Assembly: GCA_016926185.1 (NCBI GenBank)
Contig: JAFGPD010000010.1
Location: forward strand, 1,444 to 65,443
Length of the DNA: 64,000 nucleotides
Source: Candidatus Woesebacteria bacterium
Lineage (GTDB): Bacteria; Patescibacteriota; Microgenomatia; UBA8517
Direction: 5' to 3'
The position numbers and the translations under genes are program-made. The notes beneath the pieces are model-generated. The model did not search any database, was not told the origin of the DNA, and saw nothing but the letters and a program-made list of their open reading frames with translations. Position 1 is the first letter of the stretch. Every line of letters starts with the position of its first letter. Positions 57,726 through 64,000 of the stretch are shown piece by piece.

Positions 57726-58688
57726 ATGGCACAAAGAAGGTACAGACATAGAAAAAGACATCTTCAGGAGAGAGAAAAAAGAAGAGCTGAGAGCGCTTTG
57801 CACCGCAGGGAAAGATTGGGTCAAAGAATGAAAAGGCAACTAGTTCGTGCTCAGGAGAATGAAATTACCGAATATCATATTTATAAAAAACTAGCCGATA
57901 TTGTCAAAGATGAGAATATCGAAAATAGTAAGGTCTTAGAAAAAATTGCAGAGGAGGAAAAGAAACATTCCGAATTTTGGAAAGGGTACACCGAAGAGGA
58001 TCCAAAGCCGAAAAGATTTAAAATATTTTTCCATAATATTTTAGCAAGACTTTTTGGACTTACATTTTCGGTAAAGTTGATGGAGCAGGGTGAAGAGCTT
58101 GCCCAGGTGAATTATTCTGAAATAGCCAAAGAGATTCCTGAGGCAGAAAAGATTGAAAAAGAGGAGGGTGAACACGAGAAAAAATTGCTGGGACTTTTGG
58201 ATGAAGAGAGATTGAAGTATGTCGGATCAATGGTGTTGGGAGTAAATGATGCATTAGTCGAGCTGACTGGAGCGCTTGCTGGTCTTACATTGGCATTCCA
58301 AAATACAAGATTAATTGCTCTAACAGGACTCATTACAGGGATCGCAGCATCTCTGTCAATGGGAGCATCGGAATATCTTTCGGTAAAGGCTGAAGATAAA
58401 GAAAAAGAGCCTGTAAAAGCATCCATATATACGGGAGGTATGTATGTTGTTACGGTGATGATCTTGATCTTTCCTTATTTTATTTTTACGAACATTTATT
58501 ATTCACTTGCCCTTACCCTTTTTAATGCAATATTTATAATTTTGCTTTTTACTTTTTATATTTCGGTTGCCCAGGACCTGCCTTTCAAAAAGCGATTCTT
58601 TGAGATGGCAGGGATTTCTCTTGGAGTTTCTGCTCTAACTTTTGGTATTGGTTATATTGTAAGAAATACTTTTGGTATTGATATGTAG
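57726..58688 (+). CDS. Rubrerythrin-like domain + VIT1/CCC1 transporter
   Basis: ENEITE..IY..LA, EEKKH, EGEHE; VLGVNDALVE, ASLSMGASEYLS. Confidence 0.85.
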   Translation: MAQRRYRHRKRHLQEREKRRAESALHRRERLGQRMKRQLVRAQENEITEYHIYKKLADIVKDENIENSKVLEKIAEEEKKHSEFWKGYTEEDPKPKRFKIFFHNILARLFGLTFSVKLMEQGEELAQVNYSEIAKEIPEAEKIEKEEGEHEKKLLGLLDEERLKYVGSMVLGVNDALVELTGALAGLTLAFQNTRLIALTGLITGIAASLSMGASEYLSVKAEDKEKEPVKASIYTGGMYVVTVMILIFPYFIFTNIYYSLALTLFNAIFIILLFTFYISVAQDLPFKKRFFEMAGISLGVSALTFGIGYIVRNTFGIDM

Positions 58689-58886
58689 TTCAATTTTCTT
58701 TGCCAAATTATTCTGACAAGTCATTCTAGTAGCAATTTTTAAACGACTTTTGCAGCAACTCTTTTTGTACTATAATTTTTGTGGCTATAATCTCATGATA
58801 TTCGTTTTTAGAGTATCTTAGATATAATATTTTGATAGGATTATTATTGTACATTTTTATTTTAAATTTTTAGGAGGTGAAAAAAC

Positions 58887-59156
58887 ATGAAAGTACTTAA
58901 ATTTGGAGCAGTTTGGTGTCCGGGTTGTCTTGTAATGAAGCCTCGTTGGAAAGAGATCGAGGAAGAAAACCCGTGGCTCAAAACGGAATATTACGATTTT
59001 GATGAGAATAAAGAAATGGTAGATAGATATCATATTGATAAAAATCTGCCAACCTTTGTTTTTTTGGACAAAAATGAAGAGGAGTTTCTTAGGTTGCAAG
59101 GCGAACACTCAAAAAAAGAGCTTGTAAAAATAATTAATGATAATAAAGATAAATGA
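58887..59156 (+). CDS. Thioredoxin family protein
   Basis: FGAVWCPGC, LPTFVF; SD AGGAGGTG. Confidence 0.85.
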   Translation: MKVLKFGAVWCPGCLVMKPRWKEIEEENPWLKTEYYDFDENKEMVDRYHIDKNLPTFVFLDKNEEEFLRLQGEHSKKELVKIINDNKDK

Positions 59157-60463
59157 GTATTTTTAAAAAGATAAGTACAATAATAGTGGCGGTTTTTCTT
59201 ATACTGATAGTTATTAAGCCAACAAATGCACAGGAAAAACACGTGAATGTGTATTTGTTTTGGGGAGATGGCTGTCCGCATTGTGCAAAAGAGAAGGAAT
59301 TTCTTCAAGCACTGGATGAAAGTAATCCAGAGGTAAATGTTTACTATTTTGAGATTTACTATAGCAGCGAAAATAGAAAGTATTTACAAGAAGTACAAAA
59401 AACTCTAGGAACAGATTCTAATGGCGTTCCTTATTCGGTAGTAGGAGATCAGTCCTTCGTTGGTTTTAGTCCAACAATAACCACAGAAGAAATTAAGAAC
59501 AGGATTATTTATTGCTATCAAAATGATTGCCCGGATTCTGTGGCTAGTATAGTAGGTATAGTTCCAAGGGTGGATGAACCTGTACCAACAAAAATCCCGG
59601 AAGATGATAATGGTGAGAATGATCATGATGGTTCAATTGATCTCTCTCAAAAGCAAGACGACCAAAATGAAGCTGATACAGGATCAGATGCTGATGACAA
59701 AGAAAATATAATTCCTGAAAAAATCGTTTTTCCCGTCATTGGAGAAATTCAGACCAAAAACCTTTCGCTTCCCGTTTTTACAATTGTCTTGGGTGTTTTG
59801 GATGGCTTTAATCCTTGCGCAATGTGGACACTTCTTTTCTTGATAAGTCTTCTGTTGGGTATGGAAAATAAAAGGAGAAGGTGGATATTAGGAACTGCTT
59901 TTATTATTGCTTCTGCTTTTGTCTATTTTTTGTTTATGGCCGCTTGGCTAAATCTTATTATTTTCGTTGGTTTCGTTGTTTGGGTCAGGATACTAATAGG
60001 ACTAGTGGCAATTGGTGGAGGAGGGTATAACCTAAGAGAATATTTCACCAATAAAGAAGCTGCCTGTAAAGTGACTGGATCTGAAAAAAGACAGAAAGTT
60101 TTTGAAAAACTTAAAAATATTACTCATCAGAAAAAGTTTATAATTGCCTTGGGTGGAATAATTTTACTTGCTTTTGCAGTTAATCTGGTTGAACTTATTT
60201 GTTCGGCTGGACTTCCTGTTGTGTTCACCCAAGTTTTAGCTTTGAGTGAACTTAGTAGAGTTACTTATTATGGATATATGCTTATGTATATCTTTTTCTT
60301 TATGATAGATGATCTTTTTGTTTTCTTTACAGCAATGATTACCTTGGAAATGACAGGAATAAGTACAAAATATAGCAGAGTTTCTAATCTTGTTGGGGGA
60401 GTACTAATGCTTACTATTGGTCTACTTCTTATCTTCAAGCCGGAAGTATTGATGTTTGGGTAA
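59153..60463 (+). CDS. Glutaredoxin-like domain fused to CcdA/DsbD-like membrane domain
   Basis: GCPHC, GVP; LDGFNPCA and VELICSAG TM cysteines. Confidence 0.8.
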   Translation: MSIFKKISTIIVAVFLILIVIKPTNAQEKHVNVYLFWGDGCPHCAKEKEFLQALDESNPEVNVYYFEIYYSSENRKYLQEVQKTLGTDSNGVPYSVVGDQSFVGFSPTITTEEIKNRIIYCYQNDCPDSVASIVGIVPRVDEPVPTKIPEDDNGENDHDGSIDLSQKQDDQNEADTGSDADDKENIIPEKIVFPVIGEIQTKNLSLPVFTIVLGVLDGFNPCAMWTLLFLISLLLGMENKRRRWILGTAFIIASAFVYFLFMAAWLNLIIFVGFVVWVRILIGLVAIGGGGYNLREYFTNKEAACKVTGSEKRQKVFEKLKNITHQKKFIIALGGIILLAFAVNLVELICSAGLPVVFTQVLALSELSRVTYYGYMLMYIFFFMIDDLFVFFTAMITLEMTGISTKYSRVSNLVGGVLMLTIGLLLIFKPEVLMFG

Positions 60464-60475
60464 AACTTAGAGAAG

Positions 60476-60500
60476 ATATTGCACTCCCGGAGTGCAATAT
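60476..60500. repeat. Perfect inverted repeat between convergent genes
   Basis: ATATTGCACTCC-C-GGAGTGCAATAT. Confidence 0.65.
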
Positions 60501-60510
60501 TGTGGAATAC

Positions 60511-60864
60511 TCATTTATAATCAGGAGGGCAAGATGTCTTTTTATGGACGAGTTTTACTAAACGTTTTAATAATTCCATATCAAACTCTTCCACTGAGCG
60601 GACTTTGATATGTCTCATTGTTTTTCCGCTGCCTTCGAAATTTCTTATCTCTTCTTCAGACAATCCAGTAATTGCAAAGCCAATATGAATTCTCTCTTTC
60701 ATTGCAGCAATATAGAATTTCCCTCCATCGTATACAGGCACACCCCATCTGAATTCCTCTTTGCAGTTTGGAATAGTGTTCAATATTAATTCTCTTGATC
60801 TTTTGAGAAGTGTTTTTTTAATACTATCTTGTTTTTCAATATATACTTCAACCTTTTTGATCAC
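60511..60864 (-). CDS. DUF1801 (YdhG-like) protein
   Basis: RELIL..IP...E.FRWGVPVY, EGSGKTMRHIK; start uncertain. Confidence 0.75.
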   Translation of the reverse strand: MIKKVEVYIEKQDSIKKTLLKRSRELILNTIPNCKEEFRWGVPVYDGGKFYIAAMKERIHIGFAITGLSEEEIRNFEGSGKTMRHIKVRSVEEFDMELLKRLVKLVHKKTSCPPDYK

Positions 60865-60945
60865 GGGTAATAGTAAGGTGTATTTAATGATTATCAATAC
60901 TAAAGTACAAAGATTTTATGTCTAAAGTAATTTAGTACTTTACAG

Positions 60946-61212
60946 TTAAAATTCTTCAGGGTCAGGGACAGAAACGTCTATTTTTCCAACGTTGTTAAGT
61001 AGTTTTTCTTGTTCAGAGTGGGTTTCTACTACGAAATTTCCAGTGGACCATCCGCGATGCCAATTACCATCGGGGGTTTTTACATCAGAACGTTTACTAT
61101 CCCTCCAAAAAATCATTTCAGTACCATCACTTGAACTGACGGCACGTATAATACCAAGTCTATCCCATTCTTTTTGTTGTGGATATTGCTCTTTACTTTC
61201 TACTCCTGCCAT
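60946..61212 (-). CDS. Hypothetical protein
   Basis: 88-aa ORF. Confidence 0.5.
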   Translation of the reverse strand: MAGVESKEQYPQQKEWDRLGIIRAVSSSDGTEMIFWRDSKRSDVKTPDGNWHRGWSTGNFVVETHSEQEKLLNNVGKIDVSVPDPEEF

Positions 61213-61332
61213 TTTTCAGTTAATAAAAATGACCCCACCACATATAAATGTATCGTATTTTTTCGTGAAATATCAAGGGTTAATTATGAAAAATGCACAA
61301 GGACTGTTTATTTTGAGGTTTTGAAAAAATGG

Positions 61333-61797
61333 TTATAAGTATTGCTTTAATTTATTTGCGAATTTCATCCTGTCTTTAGGGTTGGACAGAATCTTATCTT
61401 TTGGCTGCAGGGATTCGAATTTGTCACCTTCGTATCTTGGAAAAACGTGAAGATGATAGTGGAACGCGTGCTGCTGACTTGCAGGTTCATTATTTTGTCT
61501 TATTGTGATTCCGTCGCATTTATAAGCATTTTTCATTGCGATTGAGATCTTTTTGGCAACTAGAAATATTCTTTGGCCAACATTATTAGGTAATTCGTAA
61601 ATATTTTCGTAGTGTTTATTCGGAACAATAATGACATGACCTTCACAAGTTGGGATCCAGAAAGAGTTTATATATGCGGTTACTACATCGTCTTTGTAAA
61701 CCTCATCAGTTAGCTTAAGGAGTGTATCTTTTCTTTCAACTCCAGAAAGACCAATGCAAATCGGGCACTTATAGTTTTTGGGCGCATGTCTAATCAT
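61333..61797 (-). CDS. HIT family hydrolase
   Basis: CPIC, GHVIIVP..H, HYHLHVFPR. Confidence 0.9.
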   Translation of the reverse strand: MIRHAPKNYKCPICIGLSGVERKDTLLKLTDEVYKDDVVTAYINSFWIPTCEGHVIIVPNKHYENIYELPNNVGQRIFLVAKKISIAMKNAYKCDGITIRQNNEPASQQHAFHYHLHVFPRYEGDKFESLQPKDKILSNPKDRMKFANKLKQYL

Positions 61798-61823
61798 GCT
61801 TGTATTATATAATACGAATGTAT

Positions 61824-62405
61824 ATGAAAATACTTTTTGTAAGACATGGGGAAAGTGTGGATGATATTGAAGATCGCTATGGTGGTTGGGCGGATTTTGA
61901 TTTGACAGAAAATGGGAAAAGGCAAGTTACTGAAACAGCTGATAAGATCTCTTCTTTAGATGAAAGGTTTGAAATTATCCTTTCCTCACCGTTGAAAAGA
62001 GCTGTTCAGGCAGCGGAGATAATTTCTAATAAACTCGATATTAAAGTGGAGATTTTTGAATATCTCAAGGAAAGGAATTTAAACGGTATCTTGACCGGGT
62101 TGATCAAAAGTGAAGCAAAGAAAAAATATCCTGATCAAGTAAGAAAGCATGAAAATTATGAATATGTAGATGCCAGTGAGAGGGCTGAAGATATGAATAG
62201 CAGAGTAAGAAACGCAATTGACATATTGTTAAAAAAGAAACTGAACTCATTAATAGCAGTGACTCATGGACTGTTTTTGACAGCTTTCTTTAAAGAAATG
62301 ATGAACATCAATATTTCTAAAGTTAGTGATGGAGGGTATGTGTTGGTTGAAGAGAAATACGGCAAATTTGATATTATCAAGGAAGACGGGATTGTATATG
62401 AATAA
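61824..62405 (+). CDS. Histidine phosphatase (phosphoglycerate mutase-like) family
   Basis: FVRHGES, SSPLKRA, L.E, VTHG. Confidence 0.9.
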   Translation: MKILFVRHGESVDDIEDRYGGWADFDLTENGKRQVTETADKISSLDERFEIILSSPLKRAVQAAEIISNKLDIKVEIFEYLKERNLNGILTGLIKSEAKKKYPDQVRKHENYEYVDASERAEDMNSRVRNAIDILLKKKLNSLIAVTHGLFLTAFFKEMMNINISKVSDGGYVLVEEKYGKFDIIKEDGIVYE

Positions 62406-62988
62406 TATTAAGGCAGTTATACTTGATGCTGATGGAGTTGTGATAAAAGATCATGAGTATTTTAGTGTTCGTTACAAAAGGGATTTTGGTAAATCACTGA
62501 AAGATGAAGTAATAACAAACTTTTTCAAAAATGAATATAAGAAAACTGCTGTAGGTAAAGCAGACTTAAAAGAGCTTTTGGAGAAAAGGTTGGACGAGTG
62601 GGGTTGGAAGGGAACAGTTGATGAACTTTTGAAATATTGGTTTGAGGGTGAGCGTGATGTCAATAAGAAGGTCTTAGAAATTGCTAAGAATTTGAGAGAA
62701 AAAGGTGTAAAAATAGGTCTTGCTTCGGATAATGAGAGATACCGCGCAGAATATTTGTTTGATGAGGTAGGATTGGAATACTATTTTGATTACATGTTCT
62801 TTTCTTGTTTTTTAGGTTTCACAAAATCAGATCCAAAGTTTTTCGAATACGTTATCAATAAGCTGAAATTCAAACCTCAGCAAATAATTTACTTTGATGA
62901 TGATCAGGAAAATGTCGATGTTGCAAAAGGTGTTGGTATTGACGCAAGACTTTATGAATCAGTATCTCAGCTGAGTGAATTATTGTGA
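62398..62988 (+). CDS. HAD-superfamily hydrolase
   Basis: ILDADGV, LASDN, KSDPKFF, YFDDDQENV. Confidence 0.9.
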   Translation: MNNIKAVILDADGVVIKDHEYFSVRYKRDFGKSLKDEVITNFFKNEYKKTAVGKADLKELLEKRLDEWGWKGTVDELLKYWFEGERDVNKKVLEIAKNLREKGVKIGLASDNERYRAEYLFDEVGLEYYFDYMFFSCFLGFTKSDPKFFEYVINKLKFKPQQIIYFDDDQENVDVAKGVGIDARLYESVSQLSELL

Positions 62989-63040
62989 TCAGGAAGTAGT
63001 TATATATTGATATGTAAGCCGGAATAAGTATTTACTAATA

Positions 63041-63280
63041 TTATTGATTTCTCCTATGATGTTCCGCTCGATCGGCAATATCGTCAGCTCTTTCTTCATG
63101 CATTTGACTTCTTGGAATATATTTACCTGAGGGAGTTTGAATGAGAGTATCCGGAACACCTTCTTTTGTTGTTCCGGGTGCAGTTTCACCTCTGGAATTT
63201 TCGATAAATGTCACTTGTTTGACACTGCCTCCACCGCCTTTTTCTGGTGCGTAATTAATATGTTTTTCAATATTCACCAT
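63041..63280 (-). CDS. Hypothetical protein
   Basis: 79-aa ORF. Confidence 0.45.
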   Translation of the reverse strand: MVNIEKHINYAPEKGGGGSVKQVTFIENSRGETAPGTTKEGVPDTLIQTPSGKYIPRSQMHEERADDIADRAEHHRRNQ

Positions 63281-63495
63281 GATAGATATGAAATGTTTCT
63301 TTTCGTATTATGAATATTATACTAATAATAAGTGAATTTTAGTAGGAAGTAATGATAGTCAAGGAAGTATTTAAGGTTTATTCAATCTTTTAGAAGATTC
63401 TAATCTTTTAAGGTCAGGGATTTGAGTTTACAACCAGGAATGGTAGCAGTGAACAAACTTTTCTTTCAAAATCAAGGATTTTAATCCTCGGTTGT

Positions 63496-63921
63496 TTATT
63501 TACGATCTTTAAATAAACCTATTCGATCATCTCGGTTGGTTGTAAACCAGCCTTCTTGTGGTAGATCAATTTCTTCTTTGGTTGTTCCCAAAGGGTACTT
63601 ACATAAGTCACAATAATAGGTTTTACCAAGATCTTCCCAAATTTGATCGTCATCTGTTCTTTCTGATAAAGATCTATATTGTCTTTCTTCTCTAGGTTTC
63701 AGGCCAACCCAACCACCACACTCTTTACAACGACATGCGGCTGAATGAGGCACATCCTTTCCGTTCTGATATCCTAACGCCAGTTCCAATGGTCCATTTC
63801 TGACTTGCCATTCTAATTCTGGATCTAAATTTTCATACAAAATACCGGAATTTCTTGCTTCGTTTCGTCGAAAATCCAATTGGCTCTTTGGAAATACAGG
63901 TCTATGTTCAATTTTGTTCAC
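63496..63921 (-). CDS. Hypothetical zinc-finger protein
   Basis: CKEC...CDLC pairs; GTG start, true start uncertain. Confidence 0.5.
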   Translation of the reverse strand: MNKIEHRPVFPKSQLDFRRNEARNSGILYENLDPELEWQVRNGPLELALGYQNGKDVPHSAACRCKECGGWVGLKPREERQYRSLSERTDDDQIWEDLGKTYYCDLCKYPLGTTKEEIDLPQEGWFTTNRDDRIGLFKDRK

Positions 63922-64000
63922 TAGATGAATATTTGCTAATTTTATCAGTATTATTAGGCATTTTTAAAAAGAAATAGGATGATATTAAATATTTTTCAAA

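Noticed and set aside
61226-61237. AAAATGACCCCA as a distant copy of the junction motif
   Set aside because: Mismatched core, and opposite orientation to the neighbouring ORF; insufficient support.
1-64000. tRNA, rRNA, transposase, integrase or prophage structural genes
   Set aside because: None recognised by eye; a tRNAscan/Infernal/HMM run would be needed to exclude divergent ones.

Overview
AT-rich, gene-dense bacterial chromosome segment. The gene content, many apparently leaderless genes and the REP-like repeats suggest a Patescibacteria/CPR (Microgenomates-like) organism; this is inference. About 11-64 kb is mostly ordinary housekeeping and envelope genes: DEAD-box helicase, two-component system, glucan phosphorylase, msrB, truB, uppP/dgkA, CIRCE-preceded lon, CarD-like factor, alpha-2-macroglobulin and thioredoxins. 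The first ~11 kb looks like an array of unrelated one- or two-gene units, including Mrr-like and GmrSD-like defence genes and duplicated coiled-coil genes. Its junctions carry a recurring AATTTGACCCYATA motif, usually as the -35 of a TTGACC-N17-TAWWAT promoter with dif-like resemblance. They also carry a second recurring ATAAATTGYCTT motif and several nested perfect direct repeats. No recombinase is visible in the window. Other notable items: an ArsR-type gene whose 3' coding end is a copy of its upstream 34-bp palindrome, a NusA-N-terminal-like domain fused to a VIT-domain membrane protein, and REP-like palindromes inserted into truB and into a duplicated nuclease start. No rRNA, tRNA, CRISPR array or transposase was recognised.
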